Positions 9,750 through 22,350 are shown, counted from the first letter of the stretch. The stretch: DNA of 64,000 nucleotides from Candidatus Latescibacterota bacterium (GCA_965217865.1 CBDCJO010000002.1:2560001-2624000); one strand, 5' to 3'. Notes: generated by a model not told the origin, from the letters alone. Numbers and translations are program-made.

Positions 9750-11347
9750 ATGGAACACGGGATAGATTTTCGCCAGTCTGTTGAACAGCTTTGCAAAATC
9801 GGCCTGGCCCTCTCGAGCCAGCAGGACCTGAATGTCCTTCTCGAGATGATCGTCGATCAATCGCGGGCATTTACCAGCGCGGATGCAGGAACACTCTATA
9901 TCGTTCGGCCCGATAAAAAAGACATCACTTTCGAGGTGATACAGAACGACACCTTCAATGTCCGAATGGGTGGGACGGCGGAGGCCCGGGTCACATTCCC
10001 TCCCGTCGCCCTTTCGGTCGATGGCCAGGCCAACATGTCAAACGTCTCGGCCTACGTCGCGAATACCGGAGAGATCGTCAACATTCCGGACGTGTACGAA
10101 GCGGAGGGGTTCGACTTCACAGGACCCCGCCGCTATGACCAGCAGAGCGGATATCGTTCCAAATCCATGCTGGTGATCCCTATGAAGAATCACGAGGACG
10201 AGATTATCGGAGTGCTCCAACTCATCAATGCCCAAATCCCGAACACGAAAGAGATCATTGCATTTGCTCCGGAACTGGTTGAACTGGCAGAACCATTAGC
10301 CTCGATGGCCGCAGTGGCCATATCAAACGTGCGGCTTATCAGAGATCTCGAGAACCTTTTTGAGGCCTTCATCAAAACGATCGCCGCGGGGATCGACGAA
10401 AAATCGAAGTATACGGGGGACATATCCGGCGTGTCACCGAACTGACCGTAGCTATCGCCCGCCAGGTCAATAAAACTCAGGAAGGTCCCCTCGGTTATGT
10501 TGAAATGACACCCGAGGAGATAAACGAACTTCGGACAGCTGCCTGGATGCACGATGTAGGGAAGATCACGACTCCGGAGTATGTCGTGGACAAGGCGTGC
10601 AAACTGGAAACCATCTTCGACCGGATCGAGCTGGTCCGAACGCGTTTCGAACTTGCCCAGCGTGAAGTGGAGCTGGATAGCCTGCGGCGGCAGGTGGATC
10701 TCCTCAAGTCCGGCCGGATCGAGGATGAACGGATCACGAAGATAGAACAGGAGACTGTGAACAAAACCAAAGCCATTCAAGCCGACTTCGACTTCCTCGA
10801 GCTGTGCAACAAAGGCGGTGAATTCATGGCGGATGAGAAGATCGACAGGTTGAAGGAGATCGCCTCCGGAACGGTAAAGCTTAGGGGAGACACGATGCCC
10901 TTACTGACGGAAGACGAAGTTTACAACATGTCGATTCGAAAAGGCACTCTCACTTCCGAGGAAATGAACATAATGCGCAATCACGCGGCGGTCAGCATCA
11001 AGATGCTGTCCCAACTCCCCTTCTCCAGAAAGTTGCGCAAAGTACCCGGTTATGCCGGTGGCCATCACGAGTGCCTGAACGGAAAGGGTTACCCCCAAGG
11101 TTTGACAGCGGACAGCCTCCCCCTCCAGGCACGGATTATGGCAATCGCCGATATTTTCGAGGCCCTCACCGCGCACGACCGGCCTTACAAAAGGGCGATG
11201 CCCTTGTCGGTCGCTCTAAAAATCCTTCGAAACATGGTGGAGGAGGGCAACCTCGATGCGGACATCGTCGGGCTATGTTTGAAGGAAGGTGTCCTTTTGG
11301 ATTATGCCAGGCGGGAGTTGAATCCAGAACAGATAGATCTGAACTGA
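9750..11347 (+). CDS. GAF + HD-GYP c-di-GMP phosphodiesterase with a 1-nt frameshift at about 10415
   Basis: GAF domain, MHDVGK, HHECLNGKGYP, ADIFEALTAHDRPYK. Adding one G to the G5 run restores YTGGHIRRVTELT and joins the two ORFs. Confidence 0.85.
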
Positions 11348-11455
11348 ATGCCCCGCCGGACGGTTCATCACTCCCCGCCGGCACTCAAACTTCCTCCCAT
11401 CGCATCCCCGCCTCAATAGTTTTCGGATCATCCCAGAATCGTCCCGGGCTAACGA

Positions 11456-12460
11456 TCACCTGTTACCCCTCACGAGCTTCCATATGAAAGTCGGAAGCAC
11501 ACCGGGATGGGATCGAAACGCCTTGATAAATAACCGAAAAGCAACATTTCGATTCCAGGGGAGCAACTCCGAGGCGAACCTGACCTGCTGCTGTCCCAGG
11601 ACCCTTCGAAAATTCCTCGAGGCTGTGGCCTCGGGGAATCGCCTTTTGTAAGCTTCCGCCACCCGGTTGAACAAAGCGACATAACGGCTTACGTCCCCCC
11701 GGAGGACACCCAGTCGATATCTGAAGAGCAATTCCATCTCATCTTCAGAAAATACCCGATCGCTAAAAATCCAGGACAAACTCCGCTCCAGAACCTTTCG
11801 AACTTCCGCTTCCCTAGTCGATGACATAGAGGCGGTTTTGGAAGAAGAATGGGCACGATAACCGACCCATCGACCCCTAAGATTCGCAACCGGATAGGCT
11901 GAAACGGCCCTGGACCAAAGGTCATAATCCTCACAGAAGGACAAAGACTCGTCATATCCACCGAGTTCATCCCACATGATATTTTTTCGGAACATGACGG
12001 AGGTGTGGATGAACGGGTTGCCGAAAAGAAGCCCCCAACGAATGCTGACTTGATCCTGACTTCGATCGAACGGAATCAAGATTTCGCCCGTATGATCGAT
12101 CATGGTTCCTTGTGTTCCGAGTAAAACCACATCAGGATGCGATCGCATGTAGCTGACTTGTCCCTCCAAACGTCCGGGATAGGAGATGTCATCCGCATCT
12201 TGTCTGGCAATCAATTCGGTCCGCGCCATTCGGAGCCCCCGATTCAACGTGGGAGTGAGCCCAACGTTCTGCTCCTGATCGACCAGTCGAATACGGGGAT
12301 CGGAATAGGATGTAATGATTTCTCTGGAATGATCGGTGGATCCATCGTTGATGATCAGAAACTCGAAGTCGGTATAGGTCTGATCGAGGACGCTCTCGAT
12401 GGCCTGGCACAGGAAGCGCTCCCCATTGTAAACCGGCATCAAGACGGTCAAGCGGGACAT
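11456..12460 (-). CDS. Glycosyltransferase family 2
   Basis: VLMPVYNGE...INDGSTD...ARQDADD...EDYDLW. Confidence 0.92.
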   Translation of the reverse strand: MSRLTVLMPVYNGERFLCQAIESVLDQTYTDFEFLIINDGSTDHSREIITSYSDPRIRLVDQEQNVGLTPTLNRGLRMARTELIARQDADDISYPGRLEGQVSYMRSHPDVVLLGTQGTMIDHTGEILIPFDRSQDQVSIRWGLLFGNPFIHTSVMFRKNIMWDELGGYDESLSFCEDYDLWSRAVSAYPVANLRGRWVGYRAHSSSKTASMSSTREAEVRKVLERSLSWIFSDRVFSEDEMELLFRYRLGVLRGDVSRYVALFNRVAEAYKRRFPEATASRNFRRVLGQQQVRFASELLPWNRNVAFRLFIKAFRSHPGVLPTFIWKLVRGNR

Positions 12461-12518
12461 ATGGGACACTTCCTTCCGGTCTTTACGCAAGCGAAAATAC
12501 CCTGTGAAAATCTCGGGT

Positions 12519-13226
12519 TCATGAATCCACGGTAAATATCACACGAATGGCCTTTTGAATAGAATTCGGGTATTGATGCTCCACACACCCCCGATACAAA
12601 ACGCGGCCAACGTGCTTTCCGAACAGACTCAGAAGGTGAGTGGGCGACTCGAAATCGAAGAGATCCGCTTCCCCCGTCCGGTATGCGACTGGAACTTCAA
12701 CCGCGACAATACCCCCTTTCCCGGCCACCCTCGCAAACTCCTCCGCAACCCGCTCCGGACATAACGCATGCTCAAACGAGTGTGAACTGAATACCACATC
12801 GAATGATGCGTCTTTGAATTCCATTTCGTGCATGTCCATGATCCTGACATCCTCACTTCTGCTGAACAGATCGATCCCGGTAATGTTTTGAACACCCCGT
12901 TTCCGGAAGTGATCGATCTCGGCATCATTGCGGCAACCGACACAGAGGACGCGACTTTTATGAGACGGGAGATGGTGGATGACGAGATCGATAAACTGAC
13001 GAGCGCGAAGGGGGATGCTCCCGTCGTCTTTGATCAAGGTTCTCCGAAGTTGGGAATCCAGATATCGACGATATCGCCCGTCAAACGGGCCCAATCTTTG
13101 GATCAGCCGGAATCGATGGCGCCGAAAAATCAAAGATCGCACGGTTCGCTGAATTTGGAGCCAAAACCGGGGGGGCAAAAGACCCGCAAGTCGAAAAAAG
13201 ATATTTATGAATACCATCCTGATCAC
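12519..13226 (-). CDS. Class I SAM-dependent methyltransferase
   Basis: VLCVGCR, GIDL, DMHEMEFKDASFDVVFSSHSFEH; GTG start overlaps the upstream stop (GTGA). Confidence 0.8.
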   Translation of the reverse strand: MIRMVFINIFFRLAGLLPPRFWLQIQRTVRSLIFRRHRFRLIQRLGPFDGRYRRYLDSQLRRTLIKDDGSIPLRARQFIDLVIHHLPSHKSRVLCVGCRNDAEIDHFRKRGVQNITGIDLFSRSEDVRIMDMHEMEFKDASFDVVFSSHSFEHALCPERVAEEFARVAGKGGIVAVEVPVAYRTGEADLFDFESPTHLLSLFGKHVGRVLYRGCVEHQYPNSIQKAIRVIFTVDS

Positions 13227-13823
13227 AGAAAGTCCTCGAAAACCTCCTGATGGCGTTTGAGCCACGGTTTCAAATCGAACCGATCGACCGCCCTTTGGCG
13301 AGCCGCCTCCGAAAATTCCTTTAGACGATCGGCAACTCCTAATACCGCCTGAGCCATGGCTTCCGGATCCGGTGGAATTTCCCTTTCCCAGTTTAACTCA
13401 GACGGGATACCGATTCCGGCATCCTCTCCTACGAGCTCCGGAACACCCCCGCTGTGGGAATATACCACGGGAAGCCCACACGCCATGGCTTCAAGAACAA
13501 GACCCGGAGAGGCGTCATTATACTGAGTGTGCAGAAGCAAATGGGCCTGCTGGAAAATGGAGGGTGCGTCTGATTGAGCATAAGGGCCCACAAACGTTAC
13601 CCTACCTTCCAGGCCCAGCTCCTTCACCAACCTCCCCGCAATTTTGCTTGCCTCCTCCTCATCTCCCAACCATCCCAATCGACCGGTGACGGCTAACCGC
13701 GAATCAGGACGATGTCGTCTCAGAATAGCCAACGTCTTGAGCGCTGTGGAAAACCGGTAATAGTGCTTCTGCCTTCCACCCAGTAGAATAACCAGATCGC
13801 AGGTGTCTGATCTTTTTGCCCTA

Positions 13824-15351
13824 GCAGCCTGTTGAAAAAGTGCGTTTATGCCAAGATGACTGTTGTCTTTCCTTGTGGTTTGGTCCTATGATATATCAGG
13901 TTCAAACTGAGAAGGGAGGACGAGCAAATGGCAATGGGAAAACGAGGCCGACAGAGACAGGAAAACCTGTTCATCGCATCGAACACTTTGGTGAAATCTC
14001 CGGGTCATCCGTTCTACGAGAAGCTGAATCAGGTATTGGGGGCGAACGGCTTCGACGAGTTCGTCGAGGGGCTTTGCCAGCGGTATTACGCTCCTCATAT
14101 GGGTCGCAAGGGCATTCCGCCCGGGGTTTATTTTCGGATGCTTTTGATTGGGTATTTCGAGGGACTTGATTCGGAACGTGGGATCGAATGGCGTGTATCT
14201 GACTCGCTGACGTTGCGCCGGTTTTTGGGGTATGCCCTTGACGAACAGACCCCGGATCATTCCAGCCTGTCTCGCATCCGGCATCGGCTTCCCTTGGAAG
14301 TTCACGAAGCGGTTTTCAAGTGGATCCTGAGGGTCTTGTGCAAAGCGGGTCTGGTGAAGGGGAAGACGTTGGGCGTGGATGCTACGACACTGGAGGCCAA
14401 CGCCGCGATGCGCAGCATTGTACGCCGTGACACGGGTGAAGGCTACCAGGCATTCCTTGAGAATCTGGCCAAGGCCTCGGGCATTGAAACGCCTACCCGC
14501 GAGGACTTGTCCAAGATCGATAAGAAGCGACCGAAGAAGGGATCGAACCAGGACTGGGAGCACCCGCACGACCCGGATGCCAAGATCGCTAAGATGAAGG
14601 ACGGTCGCACGCACATGGCGCACAAGGTGGAGCACGCGGTGGATCTGGACACCAATGCCATTGTGGCAGTGGCGTTGTCGGGAGCAGATGAAGGAGATAC
14701 CGAGTCGTTGCCCTGGACGCTGCTCGAGGCGCAGCTCAATCTCAAGCAGGTCGCGAAGGACGAAAAAGCTGCCAAACGTTTGCACAGACAGCGTATACGG
14801 GAGGTGGTTGCGGACAAAGGATATCATAGCAACGATGTATTGACCAGTCTGAAGCAAGGCGGCATCCGGAGTTACATTTCAGAACCGGATCGGGGACGCC
14901 GCAAGTGGAACGGCCGACGAGATGAGCAGGCCGCGGTATATGCGAATCGACGCCGGATCAAGGGAGATCGCGGCAAGGCCTTGCGCCGAAGTCGTGCAGA
15001 ACGGGTGGAAAGAACCATCGCTCACACATATGATACCGGTGGCATGCGCAGGTTGCACTTGAGAGACCGCGGCAATATCCTCAAGCGTTTGCTGATCCAC
15101 ATCGGGGGCTGCAACCTGGCTCTGCTCATGCGCAAAGTGATGGGCGTAGGTACTCCGAAGGCCCTCCAGGACCTGGCCAAGGCCTTGCAGCGTCTACTGC
15201 TCGTCCTACAATCACGTTTGCTGCCCTCGGTCACCTTTTTAACCTCTTATCAGCGTCTCCTGCTCAATCTCCTTACCTTGATTTATCTGACCCGCACTCC
15301 AGGCGTCTTTTCCGTTTATGTGCGTTGAAAGGTAGTTCTTCAACGGGCTGC
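13824..15351 (+). mobile_element. IS5/IS1182-like insertion sequence, copy 1 (1528 bp, intact)
   Basis: Terminal IRs GCAGCCTGTTGAAAAAGT / AGTTCTTCAACGGGCTGC, flanked by (C)TA(G) on both sides. Confidence 0.95.
13928..15328 (+). CDS. DDE transposase (DUF772-type N-terminus)
   Basis: GVDATTLEANA, ADKGYHS, RAERVER; 466 aa. Confidence 0.95.
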   Translation: MAMGKRGRQRQENLFIASNTLVKSPGHPFYEKLNQVLGANGFDEFVEGLCQRYYAPHMGRKGIPPGVYFRMLLIGYFEGLDSERGIEWRVSDSLTLRRFLGYALDEQTPDHSSLSRIRHRLPLEVHEAVFKWILRVLCKAGLVKGKTLGVDATTLEANAAMRSIVRRDTGEGYQAFLENLAKASGIETPTREDLSKIDKKRPKKGSNQDWEHPHDPDAKIAKMKDGRTHMAHKVEHAVDLDTNAIVAVALSGADEGDTESLPWTLLEAQLNLKQVAKDEKAAKRLHRQRIREVVADKGYHSNDVLTSLKQGGIRSYISEPDRGRRKWNGRRDEQAAVYANRRRIKGDRGKALRRSRAERVERTIAHTYDTGGMRRLHLRDRGNILKRLLIHIGGCNLALLMRKVMGVGTPKALQDLAKALQRLLLVLQSRLLPSVTFLTSYQRLLLNLLTLIYLTRTPGVFSVYVR

Positions 15352-15911
15352 TAGGTGTGAATACGGTCGTATCGACGGCATTATACAATATTTCCCACCC
15401 CCCTTCGCGCTTACCCAGGAAAAGATCGGCGCTCCGTTTGCAGAATTCACTCTGATAAAAAACATAATCGGCCTCGTGCAGAATGCGGGCCATCGGCGCA
15501 TTTGTGCGTTCCCACCCCGGACCGTGTCAGGCGGGATATGCGACTCCATTTTGGTTAAGGGCGATGCGCGCACCCTTCTTGCGGGCGAACCACGCCAACA
15601 TCGTGGCCTTATAGGGCATCCTGCTGCTGACCATATAGAGGATGTTAAAATTTCGGGGGGAGTTGGGATAGTCGGCCTGCATCCGTTGAAACTTTACCAG
15701 GCCTCCAGATGCCTCTTCTCCGGGTGTGGGGATATCATCAAATCCGTAATAGACGCGGGCATTCCCTTTGGGGAGAGTCCTGAAAAATATGCCCAACCCT
15801 CGTTTGAAAACCCATATCGTCCCCAGGAGTCTCATGAAACAGATAAGTCCCGGCCCCAAAAACCATCGTTTTAGAGATGAAAACATATCCATTCCCGGGC
15901 AACCCTGAAAT

Positions 15912-18900
15912 TTATGATATCGCGTGAATCACGCCCAAATAAATTCGGGCGATGTCCTCGATGTTTGGAACGACAATCAAGCTTTGATAGAACTCGTATT
16001 TCTCCCCAATCCGGTCCAATTGCGCGGGAATTTCATCCCTTTCCCGAAAAGGCAGGCCTCCAAATCCGGTCAGCTCGGGGTGCCCTCCATCGTCCAAATA
16101 CAAAGCCGGCAAACCGCACGCCTGGGCTTCCAGAAGTGCGTTTGAACACGGATCCTTTTGACTTGCGGTGATGTAGATATCGTGCTCACGCAATAGCGCT
16201 GCGAGTTTTTCTGATGTTACGGGTGGCACGTGACGAATTCGCTCAAATGACTGTTGTGATCTTCCTGCGAAGGTATACTCGAATCGATCCCAATCCAGAT
16301 GCCCTTCCAACCATTTATAGATGTCTCCTCCTTTGCCGGGGTTATCGGACCAGGCGGTGGAGATCAATCGAATTTTTCGCCGGTGATCGAAAGTGACACG
16401 GCCCCTCCCATGGAAAATTCCTCCATCGACAGCATTTTTTATGATGACCGGTTTTACAGGGTCGAATCCCATCTGACGGAGTTGCCGGTAACACCACGCG
16501 GACTGGAGGGCGGTTGCAGTCGCAAATTGAGCGTTGAGCTCGAAGACTTGCTCGTCGATCCCGCGGTCCGATCCGCGATACAGAGAAACGGGTCCGTCTA
16601 TGCGATGAATCATTCGAAAATTCCCCCGCCTGGAAGCCCTCTTAAACTTTTCAACATCAAACCAGGTGGCATTACAGATATGGACATCGATTTCATCCCC
16701 GACCCGGTTTCGATAGACTTTGGCCCCAAGCCGGGTCAATGCACTGTTCAGGGCAAGCATAAATTGATTTCCACCCCCGTACGGGGGTTTATGAAACTCG
16801 TGCCACAGGCTAATGAACAGTTGGGGAATTGACTGAGCGGACCCTCGCCTTAAAACGAATCGCTGCCCCGCCCGTCGAATCAAAGCTCCCACCCACCATC
16901 GATTTCGCACAGTCGGCCGATTTTCGACCGACCCCGATCCGGGAGGACGGTAAACAGGGAGTTCGGAGATTCCTTCGTAAAGATTCCGAAATAGCGGGAT
17001 GTTGGCCTCCGGTGTATGGCTTCGCCCGATCCTGTCGTAATGGAAATCGAGAGTGGTGTGTAGGAAAGGATGGGACATTTCTCGCTCAATAAGCGCGATC
17101 CCTTGGTCCAGGTTGGAAAAAAGACAGGCGGGTTCCAGAATATCAGACGCCAATCCCACAGGTGTGCTGATGATCTTGCAGCGTGTCGACGCAGCCTCTA
17201 AAACCGCTCTAGGGCCTCCCTCCCACCGACTGGTGACAAGGTGCAAATCCTGGACCTGATATAACAAATTCACCGTCTTCCGGTCCAGAATATTGATATG
17301 ATTGTCGTCCCCCTCGATCGTCTTCCCGAAGAATGAAAAAGGGATATCGTGTGCGGCCAACCGGTGTCGAAGCCAATGCCGGCGTGGACCGGCGAGCAGG
17401 ATATGGATAGGCAGGTTTTTTTGCCACAAGGCCCGAACGATCGCCAGAAACAGGTCCGGCCCTTTTTGCACCTTCGGTCGGTCCAGATCCATCCCCAGAG
17501 AATCCCTCATAAAATTGCCGATCACATACCGCCCCTCGGGAATCCCCAACCGATTTCTAAGGGTAGCGATCGATTCCTCATCTATATGATCCCCCCCGAA
17601 AATCTCCGTATTAACGGCATAGCAGCCCGTTGAAGAACTACCTTTCAACGCACATAAACGGAAAAGACGCCTGGAGTGCGGGTCAGATAAATCAAGGTAA
17701 GGAGATTGAGCAGGAGACGCTGATAAGAGGTTAAAAAGGTGACCGAGGGCAGCAAACGTGATTGTAGGACGAGCAGTAGACGCTGCAAGGCCTTGGCCAG
17801 GTCCTGGAGGGCCTTCGGAGTACCTACGCCCATCACTTTGCGCATGAGCAGAGCCAGGTTGCAGCCCCCGATGTGGATCAGCAAACGCTTGAGGATATTG
17901 CCGCGGTCTCTCAAGTGCAACCTGCGCATGCCACCGGTATCATATGTGTGAGCGATGGTTCTTTCCACCCGTTCTGCACGACTTCGGCGCAAGGCCTTGC
18001 CGCGATCTCCCTTGATCCGGCGTCGATTCGCATATACCGCGGCCTGCTCATCTCGTCGGCCGTTCCACTTGCGGCGTCCCCGATCCGGTTCTGAAATGTA
18101 ACTCCGGATGCCGCCTTGCTTCAGACTGGTCAATACATCGTTGCTATGATATCCTTTGTCCGCAACCACCTCCCGTATACGCTGTCTGTGCAAACGTTTG
18201 GCAGCTTTTTCGTCCTTCGCGACCTGCTTGAGATTGAGCTGCGCCTCGAGCAGCGTCCAGGGCAACGACTCGGTATCTCCTTCATCTGCTCCCGACAACG
18301 CCACTGCCACAATGGCATTGGTGTCCAGATCCACCGCGTGCTCCACCTTGTGCGCCATGTGCGTGCGACCGTCCTTCATCTTAGCGATCTTGGCATCCGG
18401 GTCGTGCGGGTGCTCCCAGTCCTGGTTCGATCCCTTCTTCGGTCGCTTCTTATCGATCTTGGACAAGTCCTCGCGGGTAGGCGTTTCAATGCCCGAGGCC
18501 TTGGCCAGATTCTCAAGGAATGCCTGGTAGCCTTCACCCGTGTCACGGCGTACAATGCTGCGCATCGCGGCGTTGGCCTCCAGTGTCGTAGCATCCACGC
18601 CCAACGTCTTCCCCTTCACCAGACCCGCTTTGCACAAGACCCTCAGGATCCACTTGAAAACCGCTTCGTGAACTTCCAAGGGAAGCCGATGCCGGATGCG
18701 AGACAGGCTGGAATGATCCGGGGTCTGTTCGTCAAGGGCATACCCCAAAAACCGGCGCAACGTCAGCGAGTCAGATACACGCCATTCGATCCCACGTTCC
18801 GAATCAAGTCCCTCGAAATACCCAATCAAAAGCATCCGAAAATAAACCCCGGCGGAATGCCCTTGCGACCCATATGAGGAGCGTAATACCGCTGGCAAAG

Positions 18901-19507
18901 CCCCTCGACGAACTCGTCGAAGCCGTTCGCCCCCAATACCTGATTCAGCTTCTCGTAGAACGGATGACCCGGAGATTTCACCAAAGTGTTCGATGCGATG
19001 AACAGGTTTTCCTGTCTCTGTCGGCCTCGTTTTCCCATTGCCATTTGCTCGTCCTCCCTTCTCAGTTTGAACCTGATATATCATAGGACCAAACCACAAG
19101 GAAAGACAACAGTCATCTTGGCATAAACGCACTTTTTCAACAGGCTGCTAGGAGACGTTCACCGCCGGAATACCCAGTCCGACCATCTCACGAAAGGCAT
19201 TCCGGCTTTGGGCAACCCACACGCCGACGATTTGCTTGGTCCTGAGCACGGAAGGTTGCTCAAACAGCCAGACGGGGTCGTTGTTGACGTGGCACACGAT
19301 CCGTTTGCCCGCTAGGTGGTTTTCTTTCGCTGAAACCAGAGGCAGCTCCCAGACCGAGTGGATCACATCGCAACTTTCGATATCTTCCGTCAACTCGATC
19401 CGGTCGGAAAGGCCATTCAACGATTTCCGGGTCTGAGCCAGGTCATCGTCCAAAGCCCAGTTGGAATGATCTCCCCCTGTAAGAAAAACGCGGCAGGGAT
19501 ATCTCAT
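15912..19507 (-). pseudogene. Tandem two-module GT4 glycosyltransferase interrupted by IS copy 2
   Basis: Excision restores ...IPAVNVSYAVNTEIF...; two GT-B motifs (SRWEGGPRAVLEA and DPCSNALLEAQACGLP). Confidence 0.85.
17622..19148 (-). mobile_element. IS copy 2 (1527 bp; transposase frameshifted by loss of one C in CCGCCCGGGG)
   Basis: Same IRs, TA duplicated at 17620 and 19149; transposase split into 18826-19044 and a downstream part. Confidence 0.95.
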
Positions 19508-20256
19508 CTTCGATCTTCGTCCTTGACGAATACCATCTCAAACCCCAATGTGTGACCCCTGAATATTTCACCGGATGTTTTCGCGTCCAACCACATCAAG
19601 AGGGCGATCAGCGGAGGATAGAAAAAAAGGAGGCTTCTTCGGCACCACCAGCCGATGACCCCCCCGGTATATCCCCACTGCCATACCTTAAGGAGGTTAG
19701 CGATTAATGCATAAAACCCACCTTGTGATCGGATCTCACCGACAGAGAATCCTGCTTCTCGGGCCGCCCAAAGCCAGGACTGATCCGTATAACGGCCATA
19801 ATCCTTCGGATCCCCGTGGATATGAAACATAAAAGGGGCCGTGACAACGGCCTTCCCGCCAACCTTCAACACCCGGAGGGCCTGTTTGAGAACGGTGATT
19901 GGATCCCGCACGTGCTCCAGGAGTTCACTCAAGATGACCGCATCGTATGACCCGGTCTTGACCGGAATATAAAAGGCATCGCAGACATAATCCGGCTCGG
20001 TTTGACGGTCGATATTTGCGTAATCAACTTGGAACGAAAAGGCTTCGATATCGAAGACCCCCCGTTTGTTCCTCCTCTTCCCGCCCAGATCCAGGATTTT
20101 GCTTTCTGAGGGAAATCGATCCACCTGTTCGAAATGAAAGGAATCGACATAAAAGCGGCGGACTGAGTACCCAGGATGATGAAGCAGCCTTTTTTTGAGG
20201 CTCCCGGGCAACCGGTTCGAATTTTCAGGTGCCATATCCGTTAATATTGAATGCAT
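19504..20256 (-). CDS. Class I SAM-dependent methyltransferase (Methyltransf_11-like)
   Basis: ILDLGG, YDAVILSELLEHV, RVLKVGG, H.DPKDYGRYT. Confidence 0.88.
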   Translation of the reverse strand: MHSILTDMAPENSNRLPGSLKKRLLHHPGYSVRRFYVDSFHFEQVDRFPSESKILDLGGKRRNKRGVFDIEAFSFQVDYANIDRQTEPDYVCDAFYIPVKTGSYDAVILSELLEHVRDPITVLKQALRVLKVGGKAVVTAPFMFHIHGDPKDYGRYTDQSWLWAAREAGFSVGEIRSQGGFYALIANLLKVWQWGYTGGVIGWWCRRSLLFFYPPLIALLMWLDAKTSGEIFRGHTLGFEMVFVKDEDRR

Positions 20257-20573
20257 ATCCTTCTAAAGATAAAAATCTTACGCGATGCGGGATCGTTAAA
20301 TTCAACAAACCAACCTCGTGTGTCAAGCTCAAAACAAATCAACCCCCATCGAAAAGAATGGCTACAACTTATTTATATAATCTTATTTAAACGCATAACA
20401 ACAGAGCCCAGCCCCTATATTATATTATTATAATACAATATTTTTTAGAAAAAATATATTCTTCTGTGGCCTTAAACTTTTCGGGGGCATCCATCAATCG
20501 AAGGATGGACCCGTCAATTCCATGGCTGGAAATCCGGTTCTCCGGGTTTCGAGTTCCACAGCTTTATTCTTGA

Positions 20574-21962
20574 CTAAAGGGAAACGGCAAATTCTCTTAA
20601 AGGTTCCGCGTTTTCGGAATCGGATCGGAGTGCCGGAAAACGAAGCATAAACTTTGTACCCACACCCATTCGGCTTTCAACCTTGATGGTCCCGTTATGC
20701 TCCTCAATAATCCCTCTACAGATCGTCAACCCCAGCCCGGTCCCGTCCCCGTCCCCTTCAGATCTGCTCGTGAAAAAGGCATCGAATATCTTGCCCAGAC
20801 TCTCATCAGGGATTCCACACCCCGTGTCCGAAACCGTCACCAGGATCCCATCCCCATCCATTTCCGCGGATACCTGGAGACGACCCCCATCACCATCCAC
20901 CGCATGAGAAGCATTCTGAATCAGGTTTAAAAATACCTGTTGTAGTCGGTTGGCATTCCCCAGGATCTGGGGAAGGTCTGAATCCAGGTCCGCGACCACG
21001 CGAATGTTTCGCGCGATCAGATATTTTTCGATCAGGCCGATCGCCCCGTCGATCGGCAGTTTGATATCGATAGGCCTTTGAGAGGGATCGCTCTTCTTGG
21101 AATAGTTCCTCATCTCCTGAAGAAGATCCCGTATGCCTTCCGCTGCCCGCAATATATTCTCGTAAGAACTTCGCCGGTCAGGGTCTAAATCGGACTCCTC
21201 AGACAACCGGGCGGTCCCGATAATCGCGGCGAGGAAGTTCGAAATTTCATGAGTCGCAGTTCCCACCACAAAACTCAAAGATGCCATCTTATCCGCGTGA
21301 ACAAGCTTTTCCCGGTATTGCTCCAGCATTCGTTCCGCTTCTGATAATGTCTCGAACTGAACCTGGTTGTGATTGTTCAGGAAGGCACTCGAGAGCGTGC
21401 TGGCCACATAAGAGCCCAAAGCCGATGCGAGCTTGATTTCGGGTGTGAAAAATTCGCCGCCGAATTTTTGGTCGCACACGATCATCACCCCAAGGGTCCG
21501 TTCGGGCGCAACCATCGGGATGCACACAAGGTAATTTACCGGAAACGGAAACCTGATGGAATTCTCAGATGCCAGATAATGTGCGGCCAGAGCTTTTCGA
21601 TTTCGCAGCGACCTTCCGATGATGCCTACCTCGGGAAGAATTCGAAATCCCCAGGCCATGTCGGCATAGACCCCGGCGGCGGACTTGACATAGAGTTCTC
21701 CGGTGGTCTGGTCTGAAAGGAGGAGAAGGGCCGTGGATGCCTCCAGCGCATCTCGGGCCTCTTCTACGGCAATTCGACAGATCCGTTGAACGTCCCTTTC
21801 CCCTCCTAACCTTTCCATGAGCGAATACAGGACGGACTGGTCCCTGTAACAACGTTCCACCTCGTTCACTGCAGCCGCGATATCCTTTTCCCCGTCCCTC
21901 CAGTCCTTCCAGTTGGTCACCTCCAGGACTGAAGTGCTTCCTTCTTCGACTTTCCGGATCAT
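20574..21962 (-). CDS. GAF-domain sensor histidine kinase
   Basis: GAF domain, H-box ATHEISN, QVFLNLIQNA, DTGCGI, GTGLGL. Confidence 0.92.
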   Translation of the reverse strand: MIRKVEEGSTSVLEVTNWKDWRDGEKDIAAAVNEVERCYRDQSVLYSLMERLGGERDVQRICRIAVEEARDALEASTALLLLSDQTTGELYVKSAAGVYADMAWGFRILPEVGIIGRSLRNRKALAAHYLASENSIRFPFPVNYLVCIPMVAPERTLGVMIVCDQKFGGEFFTPEIKLASALGSYVASTLSSAFLNNHNQVQFETLSEAERMLEQYREKLVHADKMASLSFVVGTATHEISNFLAAIIGTARLSEESDLDPDRRSSYENILRAAEGIRDLLQEMRNYSKKSDPSQRPIDIKLPIDGAIGLIEKYLIARNIRVVADLDSDLPQILGNANRLQQVFLNLIQNASHAVDGDGGRLQVSAEMDGDGILVTVSDTGCGIPDESLGKIFDAFFTSRSEGDGDGTGLGLTICRGIIEEHNGTIKVESRMGVGTKFMLRFPALRSDSENAEPLREFAVSL

Positions 21963-22327
21963 AACAGCATCTCCTCTACCAAGGCCATCAGAGAATCGAT
22001 ATGAAAGGGTTTTGTGATGTAACGTTCGACCCCTGCCTTAATAGCAACCTCCTCGTCGTCCTCCTGCCCTTTACACGTCAGCATCAGAATGGGGATGTGA
22101 GCCAGTTCGGGATCACCTTTGAACTGTCTGGTCGCCTCGATCCCGTCCATGCGCGGCATCAACCAGTCCATCAGGACCAGAGAAGGCCTTTGCTGGCGAG
22201 CGACTTCGAGACTCTCCAACCCGTTCGAGGCCGAACCGACCGTGTAACCCGCACGGATTAGCTTGGCCGTGAGCATCCGAACGATGAATGTGTTATCATC
22301 TACAACCAGGACGTTCTTAGAGACCAT
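21959..22327 (-). CDS. Single-domain response regulator
   Basis: VLVVDD, MDWLMPRMDG, ITKPF; ATGA overlap with the kinase. Confidence 0.93.
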   Translation of the reverse strand: MVSKNVLVVDDNTFIVRMLTAKLIRAGYTVGSASNGLESLEVARQQRPSLVLMDWLMPRMDGIEATRQFKGDPELAHIPILMLTCKGQEDDEEVAIKAGVERYITKPFHIDSLMALVEEMLL

Positions 22328-22350
22328 AAGCCTTCAGGGGGACAACACGT

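Larger units (their letters stand above)
13223..15892 (-). pseudogene. Glycosyltransferase family 4, interrupted by IS copy 1 and carrying an in-frame TGA
   Basis: Removing the IS and one TA restores ...VDTTVFTPRAKRSDTCDLVILLGG...; EAMACGLPVV motif; TGA at 15527-15529 in AYPA*HGPGW. Confidence 0.88.

Noticed and set aside
13886-14857. 323-aa antisense ORF repeated in the IS copies, and similar long shadow ORFs (e.g. 23416-24402, 28906-29853)
   Set aside because: They are antisense to well-supported genes and have no motifs; recurrence reflects IS identity only.
13824-19148. Composite transposon formed by inverted IS copies 1 and 2
   Set aside because: Each copy has its own duplicated target and interrupts a gene that is restored by excision, so the insertions are independent.
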